From: a virus
Length of the DNA stretch: 64,000 bases
Virus record (IMG/VR): IMGVR_UViG_3300020478_000004
Location: 1-64,000 of that record
Reading direction: 5' to 3' (one strand)
Below, piece by piece: positions 28,403-38,536 of this stretch. A program made the translations under genes and the position numbers. Within the stretch, counting starts at the first letter, position 1, and each line of letters begins with the position of its first letter. The notes under the pieces were generated by a model. That model had not been told where the DNA came from, ran no database searches, and was given only the letters and a program-made list of their open reading frames with translations.

Positions 28403-31400
28403 ATGGCTAAAACAAAAGTAGAACAATATGTATTTCAACCAGGTATTCCACTTAAAGATAATCGCTATCATATGGCGTATGACTTAATTAAGAATAATGT
28501 TGAATTTATATGTGATGAAGTCATAGGATATATTGCTACACAAGTTGCCGCAACTCCAACATATCCAAATGCTGTTAGTATAATCACAGCAAATAAAGAA
28601 TTTTTAAAAGACGAAGTAATGGCTTGGTTTGATATTGCTTATCCTGGAGCACACACAGCCGACAGACACGCAAAATGTGAAAGAGATACAGGATATAATA
28701 TTGACGCAATTATATTTGATATTGACAACGGCGGTAATTCAAAAACTATAGAATATGCAAAAAAATACTGGGAAGGTACAAACTCAAACCTTGCTAATTC
28801 GAGCGAACAAAACTATGCTACTTTAGTTAATAATAAATTAGAAGAAATTATTAATGGGTACATTCTTACTAATACTGCTTGGCCAACTGCACAAAGTCCT
28901 GTTGTTACAACACAAACAATGGGTTCAGGTGAAGCAGGTGCAGACACTAGAGTAACATACTTAAAAGGTATTTTTAATGATGTTACTGTAAACGGATTAT
29001 CTGCTATTCCTTCACTGGCTCCTTCTTGGGCAGGCTATACATATGATAGTGTAAAATGTGAAAGAGATACAAGATATAATTTACAAGGACTTGATGGCGA
29101 CGGCGGAATTCTTTATGATTTAAGATATGGTGGTAACGAACAAACACGTTTCAATGCTAGTAAGTATTGGATTAATTCAACTCCACAAGTTGATGGAGAT
29201 AGAACTCCTGAAATATTTGCTAAAAACTTTGTACGTGATTTAATTAATAATTATATTTTACCACAAACAACTTATCCAACTACACAGAGTCCAGTTGTAA
29301 CAACGCAATATAAAAATGCCGCATCAACGGCAGAATCAGAAGCTCCTGGTATCGTAACTGATAGATTTGGTATTATTACTGATGTACTTTTAAATGGGCT
29401 AGATAATGTTCCTGCATTAGATAGAGCTAAAATTAGTTCTGTTAAAATGCAAACTCGTGTACCAACAAATGACTTATTGTTAATTACTGATACAACTGTT
29501 AATGAAGTATTGTTTAACTTTACAGATCCTGACAAAGGTGCAAGTGTTAAGTATACAACAGATGAAGAGAAATTAACTAAAGGTGTTGAAGATGATTTTC
29601 CAAAGTTCTTAGAAAGAACTGGAACTATTACTACTGTCTTCTTAGATGTAAACACAGATTCACCTACATACTATCCTAAGTCAATTGTTCAATTAGAAGC
29701 AAATAAATCCTTCTTACAAAAAGAAACTACGGCTTGGATAGCTGATAAAATTGCAAATGCCACTACATATCCTGATGCTAAAACATTAATAGACGCGAAC
29801 AAAGAATGGTTAGCAGATGAAGTTATGGCTTGGTTTGATTTAACATACCCAGGTGTGCATAATACTACTCAACATGAAAAATGTGAACGAGATACAAAAT
29901 ATAATATAGATGCAATTGCATATGATATTTTACATGGTAGTAATACAGAAACTATTAGAGTTGCAAAAAAATATTGGGAAGGTGCAGTTTCACAACTTAC
30001 AAATAAAGGTGGTAGATTTTCTAGCACTACAGAAAATGAAATTAACTATGCGGTTGCTGTTAATAATAAATTAAGAGACTTAATTGTTAATAACGTATTA
30101 ACTAATACAGTTTATGTAACACAACAAAGTCCAATTGTTACAGTACAAACTACTAATTCTACAAACGGTGAAGCAAAAGCAATTTCTAGAATACCTGAAT
30201 TAGTTGGAATCTTTACTAGTGTTATTGAAAACGGATTATCAGTAATACCTAGTGCAATTCCTTCTTGGGATGATTATACTTATAATGCACCAAAATGTGA
30301 AAGAGATATTGATTATCAAATTGATGCACTTATTAATGATTTAAAATGGGGCGGCAATGCAAAAACTATAGAAAATGCTGAAAAATATTGGGTGCAAACA
30401 ATTCCACAAATAGATGGAGATCGTTCACACGAAATATATGCTAAAGATTTTACTAGACGGTTAATTAACGACTATGTTCTTCCAAACGTTTCTTGGACTA
30501 CATTACAATCAAGTAATCCAGTTGCTCAAGTAACTTGGTATGCGGCTGGTGAAACAGGTACTAATACAAGAGTAAGCGAATTATTTAAAATTATTAATGA
30601 TGTTATTGACAACGGAACTGATGTATTACCTGTTAAAGACGAACCTCAAACGTTTGCTAATACAGACGAACTTCAAATATTTATTGACCAAGGTGATTTA
30701 AAAGTTAGACCATATGACTTTGGTACAGATGCTATTGAACGTCAACGTGTTGCACAGGCTCAATCAATGCTTGATGCTGACTTTGAATATGGACTACAGC
30801 CTACGAAGTGGCAAGCGATTGCTACACAAAGAGGTTATCCATCAATTTACGAAGTACCAGGTACTGACAAACAAGTTAGTACAGTTGTAACAGATGCTTC
30901 AAATGGAACAGGTGGTATTGGTCAATCATTAATTACTGTTACTACAATTGGTGCTCATAGTATTGAAGCAGGATCACCGATTACAATTAAGGCATTAGAA
31001 AATTCAGTAGCAGGGGCAAGTAGAGCAGAAGGATCGTTTATTGTTTCAACAGTACCTACTAATAACACATTCACATATTTTGCAAAATCAAAAGTTGGTA
31101 CAGCTAACGGACAAGTACTTTCAACGTTTTATACACAATTACGACAAGCAGGATTTTATACAGGTGCCTCAATTGGTAACCCAACGTTTACTATTTTATC
31201 ACAAGGTGCGGCAGGAGTACTATACAATCCATTAGCGGCATTAAGTGGTGCAGATAAACTTACTTTCCAGGGAGATACACCAGAAGTTGGTGCTCCGATT
31301 TTAGTTGAAACAGGAGTTGCGACAGCAATCTATACATACTCGGCGGCAGATGCTTTACGAACAGCAGGAACTTATAATAATGTTGTTGGTACATCAAGTA

Positions 31401-34400
31401 GCGTAGCACCAGACTTAATTGTTCCAACTTGTAACATTACAGTTGACGGAACAGGTGCCGCAATAGCAACAATTGTAACTGGTGGAAGACGTAATGCTAT
31501 TAATGATACAATAACAGTTGCAGATAGTTTATTAGGTAGTGGTGGAGCGGCGCCCTTAACATTTAAAATTCAAACGGTTAGAGATAATTCTGCCGCAGTA
31601 CCATCAGGTGCTCAAGTTACATCAACACTAGGTACAGGTGGTCCTATACAAACACTTCAAACATCTTCGGATGTCGCAAGTGGATCTAACGTAATTCCAG
31701 TTACTAATACAGCAGGTGTACTAACAGGACATGGTATTGATAGAGGTGACGGCACAGCGGTATTTGTAAGTAGTGTTGTCGGAAATAATATTAACTTAGA
31801 TGGAAATACTGCGGGTACAATTATTGGTAACGTAGTGAATTATCCAAATGTTGCAGGAACAAATTATATATCAAGTGGATTTGGTGGAACATTTGATATT
31901 TCTAGAGCTAGTGGAACTTATACTGTTACTATTAATAACGATGGTGACGATTATGAGACTGGAGATGTTATTGTAGTTTTAGGTAATGCCTTAGGAGGTA
32001 CTACTCCTGAACATGATTGTAGAATTGAAATTACAGAAGCAGATACTAGCGGAGATATAATTACAATTAATGCAACAGGAACAGCATTTGATGGTAATGC
32101 TTCCTACTCAGGACTAACAGGTACAAATACTAACGGTGTTGGTACGGGTGCATTGTTTGATATTTCATATACAAATAATACGTATAGTGTAAGTTTAGCA
32201 CAGCCAAGTTATACAAATGTTTCAGGAACAAATCTAGGTGGAACTGGATCAGGTGCACACTTTGATATTACTTTGTCAAATAATACATATACAGTTGCTC
32301 TTAATGCCGGTGATGCAAGTACAGGATATACAGTTGGCGATAGAATTAAAATTGACGGTGCTACATTAGGTGGAACAAGTGCTACACATGATGCCGTAGT
32401 TGCTGTTTCATCTGTTAATGGTTCCGGTGGAATAACAGGACAAACTGTTACAGGTACGGCAGTAGATGCAGATGTAAGTTATCCAAACGTAACATATACT
32501 ACAACATCTATTGGTGGTACAACTGCAAATATTACTGTTAGAAGAGTAGGTACTACTTATGAAGTTAATGTTGTTGGAGGCGGTTCAGGTTACTCAGCAA
32601 CAGAAACATTAAGCGTTTTAGGAACAGATGTAGGTGGAGCATCTCCGGCTAATGATGCAACAATTACTATTGATGCTGTTGGTGGATCAGGTGAAATTAC
32701 AACAGCTAGTATTACAGGTACTGCGGTTAATACTCAACTGTATGCAGACATCACTAGTGGTGTCAACCAATTAGGTAGCTCAGCAATATTTGATGTCACT
32801 GTAAATTATAATAATACATATACAGTTACTATAGGAAATACTGGCGGTGTTAATTACGGCGTTGATCAAAAAATTACTCTAGCAGGAACATCATTTAGTA
32901 ACGGATTAAGCCCAGCTAATGATATAACAATTACTATTACAAGTGTTAATCCTACTGGATTAATAACAGGAATTACTCATACTGGTACATCTGCAGATGC
33001 AACAACGAACTATGTAATTGGGGATAGATTATCAGTTTTAGGTAGTATTGTTGGCGGTGTTGATACAACGAATGATGCTATAATTAATGTTACAGGTGTT
33101 AATAGCGGAGTAATTACAAATTTAACAATTAGTGGTGCGGCCCCAGATGCGACAGAAACTTATGTTAATCCAGTTTACACTACAAATACAGCTGGTGGTA
33201 CTAACGCATCATTTACCGTTACAAGATTAGACATAGCTTATTCGGCACTAATTACTGTTCCAGGTACAGGATATTTAACTGGTGAAACATTTACAATTGA
33301 CGGTGCATTACTAGGTGGTTCAACAACAACAAATGATTGTACAATTGAAGTTGCAAGTATCGGTGGTAGTGGTGAAATATTAACAGTTAACGTAACTGGT
33401 ACAGCATTAGACCAAAAAACTTATTATGGTATAAGCCAAGAGGCTGGACAAGCTGTTATGAAAATCGGGGCAGGTGCTACTTGGGACGTTACATTAAGTG
33501 GTGGTGTTTATACACCATCTAATGCAAACCCAGGTACTGATTATAATGCAACGCAAGAAATTATAATTAATGGTAACCAATTAGGTGGAACATCTCCAAC
33601 TAATGATTTAACACTTACAATTACCGGCGTTACAGGAACAGGAGCAATTTCTACATTTACTCATAGTGGTACTGCACCTGGTGGAACTGCATCTTATACT
33701 GATGTTGGAGGAACTAATTTAACTAACACAGGTGCTGGTGCAACATTTGATGTTATACGAAGCACCGGAACTTATAGTTCCTTTACTATAAACTTAGATG
33801 GTGGCAACTATGTAGTTGGAAACAAAATTAAAATTTTAGGATCACAATTAGGCGGAGTTGATGTTACTAACGATCTTATTCTTACTATTACTGGTGCTAC
33901 AACAGATGGTAGTATCAGTAGTGTTTCAGGATTAGGAACAGCTATTACAGGAACAGTTGTTAAAACGTATTCAACTGTAACCATGTCAGAACAATTATTA
34001 CAAGCACTTCCGGCACTTGAAACTGAAGCGTTTGCGGCATTGGCAACTGTAGAAGTTACATTTACTAGTGCTCACGGACTTGTTCCTGGAGATTCATTTA
34101 TTTCAACAATAGCTAGTGATAGTGGCGCAAATAATCACACACTTTGTGAAGGACCATTCTTTGCACAGCAAATTCCAAGTAATACAAAACTTAGATACCA
34201 GTGCAGAGCTCCTGGTACAATTACCGATGTTAATGATATTATAGGCGATATTTATCCAAGACCAGATTCGTTCTTTGTACATAGACCATATGACGGTGGT
34301 GTTATGCTAGGAACAGGTGGACCACAACATGGATCACAAGCAATACGTCAAAGTAAAAAATACATTAGATATCAGTCAGGTAAAGGTATCATGTATACAA

Positions 34401-36685
34401 CTGGTGCCTTATTTGCACCAAGTTATGACTTACTTGATGTTACAGCAGATGGAACAACTGCTGGGTCATTTATTACTGTTACTACAGATGATGTTGATCA
34501 CGGATTACAAATTGGTGGACGTATTAGATTAATAGGAATCGAAACTCCAGGTTATAATGGTGATTATACAGTTTCACAAATTACAACAGAGCGTACTTTT
34601 AAAGTTATTGCGGCAACACAATTAGGAAATCAAGCACCAACGTTAAGTGCAAGAGCACAAATTTCATTACTTAAATGGCATGGTGCAACTGTTCGTTCAG
34701 GAGCATTTGACGACCAAAACGGAATCTTTATGGAATACGATGGTGAAAACTTTACTTGTGTTCAACGTACTGCAACATTACAATTAGCAGGTACAGTAAG
34801 TATGAACGTTGATAGTAACACTTGTAGCGGTATAGGAACACGATTTAGAGATCAATTAAAAGCAGGTGATAGAATTGTTATTAAAGGAATGACTCATGTT
34901 GTTTCTGAAGTTGAAAATGATACAACAATGTATCTTACACCTGACTTCCGCGGTGTAACTCCAGCGTCAGCTTGTAAAATATGTTTAGTTAGTGATAAGA
35001 AAACTAAACAAAACGAATTTAACAAAGATACACTTGATGGTACTGGTAGTAGTGGATATATTTTAGATGTTTCTAAAATGCAGATGATGGGAATTCAATA
35101 CAGTTGGTACGGAGCAGGATTTATTGACTATATGTTACGTGGTGACGACGGTAACTTTATTTTCTTCCATAGAATGAGAAATAGTAATGTAAACACAGAA
35201 GCATTTATGCGTACTGGTAATATGCCAGTTAGATATGAAATTACTAACGAAGGTCCAACAGGTAAACTTGCGGCAGATATTGATTATGCACAAACTACTA
35301 TTCCATTAGTAGATGCAAAATACTTTCCATCAGCAGGAACAATATATATTGATGGTGAGATGATTTCTTATACTGGTATTACTGGAGATACATTAACTGG
35401 GGCAACTAGGGCGGCACCTATGTCAAACTATGCATCAGGAGCCAACAGAACATATACAGCTGGACCGGCCGCGGCTCATTTAGCAAAAACGGGTGTACCA
35501 TTAATTAGTAATACTATATCACCAATCATATCACATTGGGGATCAGCATTCTTAACAGATGGTGGATTTGATAGTGATCGTGGTTACATTTTCTCATATG
35601 CTTCAACTGGTAACGAAATTAGTACAACAAGAAATACAGTTTTCATGCTTAGACTAGCACCTAGTGTATCTAATGCTATTGTTGGTGACTTAGGTGAACG
35701 TGAACTACTTAATAGAGCCCAGTTGCTACTTGAAGGTATTGAAGTTACATCAGATACAAGTACAGGTGGTATCGTTATTGAGGGTGTATTAAATCCACAA
35801 AACTATCCAATTGATCCAAGTAACGTTGGTTGGAGCGGATTATCCGGACTAGCGGCAGGTGGTCAACCTAGTTTTGCACAGATTGCCCCGGGTGGATCTG
35901 TTACATGGAGTACAGGTGCTACACAGGTTGTTAGAAATGCAACGACAACTGCACAATTGTCAGCATCAGCTAATTCCTTGTATAATAGATGGAGTACTAC
36001 ATGGCATTACTTTTCAACAAGTGAATGGGATAGTTTAAATGACGAAGTAGAATCTGGGACAGAAATTATTGCAACAGGAAATCCGGCTACAGGAACTTCA
36101 GACTTTCCAGCAGGAACAACGATTTTTGATATCTATGTAGAATCTTGGTATAACAGGGTACGTATTAGAACTACTAATAGAAACACAGGTCAAATTACTG
36201 CTGGCGAATCAATTACATTTGGTATTGGTGGTGATTTAGCTTATACTAACTACTTGTACTTTACAAGAACATCTTGGGAATCCACTGGTGCCGTTGCAGG
36301 TACAGAAGTAAGTGATAATAAGTTCCCGGCGGGTACTGCGGTATCAAAAGTTGAAGGACCAAAAACATTTGGTGCAACAGAATACTACAAAGTAACATTT
36401 TCACAAACGTCAATTGCAAATATTACAGCTGGTTCAACTGTAGGATTCTTATTTGGACAACCACCGTATGCACAACCAGGTGAAACTGTATTTTCATTCA
36501 TTGCAAATCCAGGTAGTCTTGCAAATCTAGACTTAGGTGGATTGAAAGAGTTAACAAATACTACATTAGGTGGACGAGGAACATATCCAAACGGACCTGA
36601 TGTATTAGCAATTAACGTTTATAAAACGTCAGGTGCGGCTGTTAATGCAAACTTAATCCTTAGATGGGGCGAAGCTCAAGCCTAA
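28403..36685 (+). CDS. Giant (2760 aa) modular virion protein with four phycobiliprotein-like KCERD domains and ~8 Thr/Gly-rich beta-sandwich repeats
   Basis: KCERD Cys codons at 28676, 29057, 29882 and 30296. ~88-aa repeats at ~31840-33945. C-terminal region with YIRYQSGKG and YSWYGAG. Confidence 0.75.
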   Translation: MAKTKVEQYVFQPGIPLKDNRYHMAYDLIKNNVEFICDEVIGYIATQVAATPTYPNAVSIITANKEFLKDEVMAWFDIAYPGAHTADRHAKCERDTGYNIDAIIFDIDNGGNSKTIEYAKKYWEGTNSNLANSSEQNYATLVNNKLEEIINGYILTNTAWPTAQSPVVTTQTMGSGEAGADTRVTYLKGIFNDVTVNGLSAIPSLAPSWAGYTYDSVKCERDTRYNLQGLDGDGGILYDLRYGGNEQTRFNASKYWINSTPQVDGDRTPEIFAKNFVRDLINNYILPQTTYPTTQSPVVTTQYKNAASTAESEAPGIVTDRFGIITDVLLNGLDNVPALDRAKISSVKMQTRVPTNDLLLITDTTVNEVLFNFTDPDKGASVKYTTDEEKLTKGVEDDFPKFLERTGTITTVFLDVNTDSPTYYPKSIVQLEANKSFLQKETTAWIADKIANATTYPDAKTLIDANKEWLADEVMAWFDLTYPGVHNTTQHEKCERDTKYNIDAIAYDILHGSNTETIRVAKKYWEGAVSQLTNKGGRFSSTTENEINYAVAVNNKLRDLIVNNVLTNTVYVTQQSPIVTVQTTNSTNGEAKAISRIPELVGIFTSVIENGLSVIPSAIPSWDDYTYNAPKCERDIDYQIDALINDLKWGGNAKTIENAEKYWVQTIPQIDGDRSHEIYAKDFTRRLINDYVLPNVSWTTLQSSNPVAQVTWYAAGETGTNTRVSELFKIINDVIDNGTDVLPVKDEPQTFANTDELQIFIDQGDLKVRPYDFGTDAIERQRVAQAQSMLDADFEYGLQPTKWQAIATQRGYPSIYEVPGTDKQVSTVVTDASNGTGGIGQSLITVTTIGAHSIEAGSPITIKALENSVAGASRAEGSFIVSTVPTNNTFTYFAKSKVGTANGQVLSTFYTQLRQAGFYTGASIGNPTFTILSQGAAGVLYNPLAALSGADKLTFQGDTPEVGAPILVETGVATAIYTYSAADALRTAGTYNNVVGTSSSVAPDLIVPTCNITVDGTGAAIATIVTGGRRNAINDTITVADSLLGSGGAAPLTFKIQTVRDNSAAVPSGAQVTSTLGTGGPIQTLQTSSDVASGSNVIPVTNTAGVLTGHGIDRGDGTAVFVSSVVGNNINLDGNTAGTIIGNVVNYPNVAGTNYISSGFGGTFDISRASGTYTVTINNDGDDYETGDVIVVLGNALGGTTPEHDCRIEITEADTSGDIITINATGTAFDGNASYSGLTGTNTNGVGTGALFDISYTNNTYSVSLAQPSYTNVSGTNLGGTGSGAHFDITLSNNTYTVALNAGDASTGYTVGDRIKIDGATLGGTSATHDAVVAVSSVNGSGGITGQTVTGTAVDADVSYPNVTYTTTSIGGTTANITVRRVGTTYEVNVVGGGSGYSATETLSVLGTDVGGASPANDATITIDAVGGSGEITTASITGTAVNTQLYADITSGVNQLGSSAIFDVTVNYNNTYTVTIGNTGGVNYGVDQKITLAGTSFSNGLSPANDITITITSVNPTGLITGITHTGTSADATTNYVIGDRLSVLGSIVGGVDTTNDAIINVTGVNSGVITNLTISGAAPDATETYVNPVYTTNTAGGTNASFTVTRLDIAYSALITVPGTGYLTGETFTIDGALLGGSTTTNDCTIEVASIGGSGEILTVNVTGTALDQKTYYGISQEAGQAVMKIGAGATWDVTLSGGVYTPSNANPGTDYNATQEIIINGNQLGGTSPTNDLTLTITGVTGTGAISTFTHSGTAPGGTASYTDVGGTNLTNTGAGATFDVIRSTGTYSSFTINLDGGNYVVGNKIKILGSQLGGVDVTNDLILTITGATTDGSISSVSGLGTAITGTVVKTYSTVTMSEQLLQALPALETEAFAALATVEVTFTSAHGLVPGDSFISTIASDSGANNHTLCEGPFFAQQIPSNTKLRYQCRAPGTITDVNDIIGDIYPRPDSFFVHRPYDGGVMLGTGGPQHGSQAIRQSKKYIRYQSGKGIMYTTGALFAPSYDLLDVTADGTTAGSFITVTTDDVDHGLQIGGRIRLIGIETPGYNGDYTVSQITTERTFKVIAATQLGNQAPTLSARAQISLLKWHGATVRSGAFDDQNGIFMEYDGENFTCVQRTATLQLAGTVSMNVDSNTCSGIGTRFRDQLKAGDRIVIKGMTHVVSEVENDTTMYLTPDFRGVTPASACKICLVSDKKTKQNEFNKDTLDGTGSSGYILDVSKMQMMGIQYSWYGAGFIDYMLRGDDGNFIFFHRMRNSNVNTEAFMRTGNMPVRYEITNEGPTGKLAADIDYAQTTIPLVDAKYFPSAGTIYIDGEMISYTGITGDTLTGATRAAPMSNYASGANRTYTAGPAAAHLAKTGVPLISNTISPIISHWGSAFLTDGGFDSDRGYIFSYASTGNEISTTRNTVFMLRLAPSVSNAIVGDLGERELLNRAQLLLEGIEVTSDTSTGGIVIEGVLNPQNYPIDPSNVGWSGLSGLAAGGQPSFAQIAPGGSVTWSTGATQVVRNATTTAQLSASANSLYNRWSTTWHYFSTSEWDSLNDEVESGTEIIATGNPATGTSDFPAGTTIFDIYVESWYNRVRIRTTNRNTGQITAGESITFGIGGDLAYTNYLYFTRTSWESTGAVAGTEVSDNKFPAGTAVSKVEGPKTFGATEYYKVTFSQTSIANITAGSTVGFLFGQPPYAQPGETVFSFIANPGSLANLDLGGLKELTNTTLGGRGTYPNGPDVLAINVYKTSGAAVNANLILRWGEAQA

Positions 36686-37272
36686 AAGTTGAACGCTATT
36701 GTTGTGCGTTCTACACCTTTCTTACTCGGCAATACTTGATGTTTTAAATAAGAAGGAAACATTAAAATTCTTCCTTTTACAGCGTTATGAATATTCCCCT
36801 GCCAAGAAAAAACAGCATTAGGATTATAATCTTGTGAATATTCAGTGAATGGATTAGGGTTTCTAAACATTAATCCACCGGCGGCGTTATTAGCTCTAAC
36901 CCAATAAATTCCTGAAATACGTCCTATACCATGTTCATGCTCGTTATGAACATCACCTTCAATATAGTCTTGACACCAATATTCAAATTCATTTTTATTA
37001 GTTTGTAATTGTCGATTAATTGCTTTAAAATTATTACCTTCTTGATATGCGTCTTTACATTGTTTTAATTCTAACCATAATCCAGGAAGATCTTTTGGTA
37101 AGTCTGGAATTATTTTTTCAGGTTCAAAATAATCAGTTGAGTGCGGTGCAGGACCTTCTCGCGAAGGCATTTTATCAAGTTTACTAACTACAAATTTTTC
37201 TACTTCGTCAGCAAGATCTTGTGGGACATCATGTACTAGTAATCCAATTGGAAATAATGGTTCTATATGCAT
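36682..37272 (-). CDS. Putative 2OG-Fe(II) oxygenase (TIGR02466-like)
   Basis: H.H...ISGIYWV, GRILMFPSYLKHQV, RTTIAFN. Confidence 0.75.
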   Translation of the reverse strand: MHIEPLFPIGLLVHDVPQDLADEVEKFVVSKLDKMPSREGPAPHSTDYFEPEKIIPDLPKDLPGLWLELKQCKDAYQEGNNFKAINRQLQTNKNEFEYWCQDYIEGDVHNEHEHGIGRISGIYWVRANNAAGGLMFRNPNPFTEYSQDYNPNAVFSWQGNIHNAVKGRILMFPSYLKHQVLPSKKGVERTTIAFNF

Positions 37273-37727
37273 TAATCATCACTTAATTCTACTTTAGTAT
37301 CACCGATACTTGGAGCATTAATAGATTGTTCAGCTTCAGTTTTTGCCTGTTGTTTTTCTGCTTCTTGACTGTCACCTGGAATAACTCTATAATTATCACT
37401 AATTGAATCAGCTGTACTAACTTCAGTTATACTACTACCTGCTTCTTGACAAATTAATTGATGTGGTTGTAAAGGAGGATTGTGCCACGTCATTCCTGTT
37501 GTTAATTCTTTTTGAAGAAGTGAAGCAGTTTTAGTATCAATCCAAAGTAATTGAAATTTCCCATTATTTACAAACCAAGTTTCGTCTTTTTCTTTATGAA
37601 AATGCATTGAGAATTTTGCACCAACTTTATCAAAAACTAAAATTTTGCCACAGTACTTGTCAGTAGAAGCCCATATTACTTCATAACCCCAACCTTTTTC
37701 TACTTTTCCATGTAATCTATCTGTCAT
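37272..37727 (-). CDS. Cupin, sugar isomerase/epimerase-like
   Basis: VEKGWGYE.IW, FSMHFHKEKDETW, PHQL, EVST. Confidence 0.7.
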   Translation of the reverse strand: MTDRLHGKVEKGWGYEVIWASTDKYCGKILVFDKVGAKFSMHFHKEKDETWFVNNGKFQLLWIDTKTASLLQKELTTGMTWHNPPLQPHQLICQEAGSSITEVSTADSISDNYRVIPGDSQEAEKQQAKTEAEQSINAPSIGDTKVELSDD

Positions 37728-38536
37728 AAAACAAATTCCTCTACTGTTCTAAATTTATGTTCCCCTATAGTACTATTTAATTTTTCTATATTTGCTTGTG
37801 TATAATACTGATATTGATTTTTTAGTTTATCTGGAATTGGAATTTCAATAACTTCTGCCGACCATTTTTTAGCTACTAATTGAGCTATATAATCAAATGA
37901 ATTTGCTTTTCCTGTACCAACATTCCATATATCTGTTGCATCTATAGTTAAAAATTTTTCCAAAATTTCGCATACATCTCCAATATGAATAAAGTCTCGG
38001 AAAATTTCTTTACTACCTTTAAATACTTTAATTTTTCCAGTTTCAATTGCTTGTTTTTTAAATTTATGAAAAACGCTCATCTGCTCACCTTTATGTTCTT
38101 CTCCAGGACCATAAACATTAAAAAATCTAAAACCTTGAACATTAATTTGATATTCGTTTACTGAATGAACAAATCTATCAAACAAATATTTGCTCCAAGC
38201 GTATGGTGATTGTGGATCTACAGGTGAGTTTTCTTTAAATTCTTTTCCTTGTCCATACACACTGGCACTAGATGCATACATAAATGTTGTTCCAAAAGTA
38301 TCACATAGTTCTAACATTTTAATACTAAATTCATAATTCTGTTTTAAAATTTTATCAACGTCTTTTTCAGTTGTATCACTAATCGCTCCTAAATGAATTA
38401 CTCTATCATATTCTTTTGGATCAGGAAAACGTCCGTCTATATAATCATAACCTTCTACTTCATGGCCTTTGTGAACAAGATATGGTGCTAAATTTTTACC
38501 TATAAATCCGTTTGAACCTGTAACTAAAATTCTCAT
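37724..38536 (-). CDS. hldD: ADP-L-glycero-D-manno-heptose 6-epimerase
   Basis: VTGSNGFIG, HLGAISDTTE, YASSASVYG, YAWSKYLFD, FRFFNVYGPGEEHKG, RDFIH, YQYYTQAN. Confidence 0.88.
   Translation of the reverse strand: MRILVTGSNGFIGKNLAPYLVHKGHEVEGYDYIDGRFPDPKEYDRVIHLGAISDTTEKDVDKILKQNYEFSIKMLELCDTFGTTFMYASSASVYGQGKEFKENSPVDPQSPYAWSKYLFDRFVHSVNEYQINVQGFRFFNVYGPGEEHKGEQMSVFHKFKKQAIETGKIKVFKGSKEIFRDFIHIGDVCEILEKFLTIDATDIWNVGTGKANSFDYIAQLVAKKWSAEVIEIPIPDKLKNQYQYYTQANIEKLNSTIGEHKFRTVEEFVL

Noticed and set aside
13556-30631. Assigning a cyanobacterial host because of the phycobiliprotein-like domains
   Set aside because: No psbA, hli, cpeT, pebS or other cyanophage marker lies in this window, and the domains are highly diverged inserts in structural proteins. 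The host remains undetermined.
36682-36685. Terminator between the convergent giant gene and the 2OG oxygenase
   Set aside because: The two stop codons overlap within 4 nt and no hairpin or T-tract is evident.
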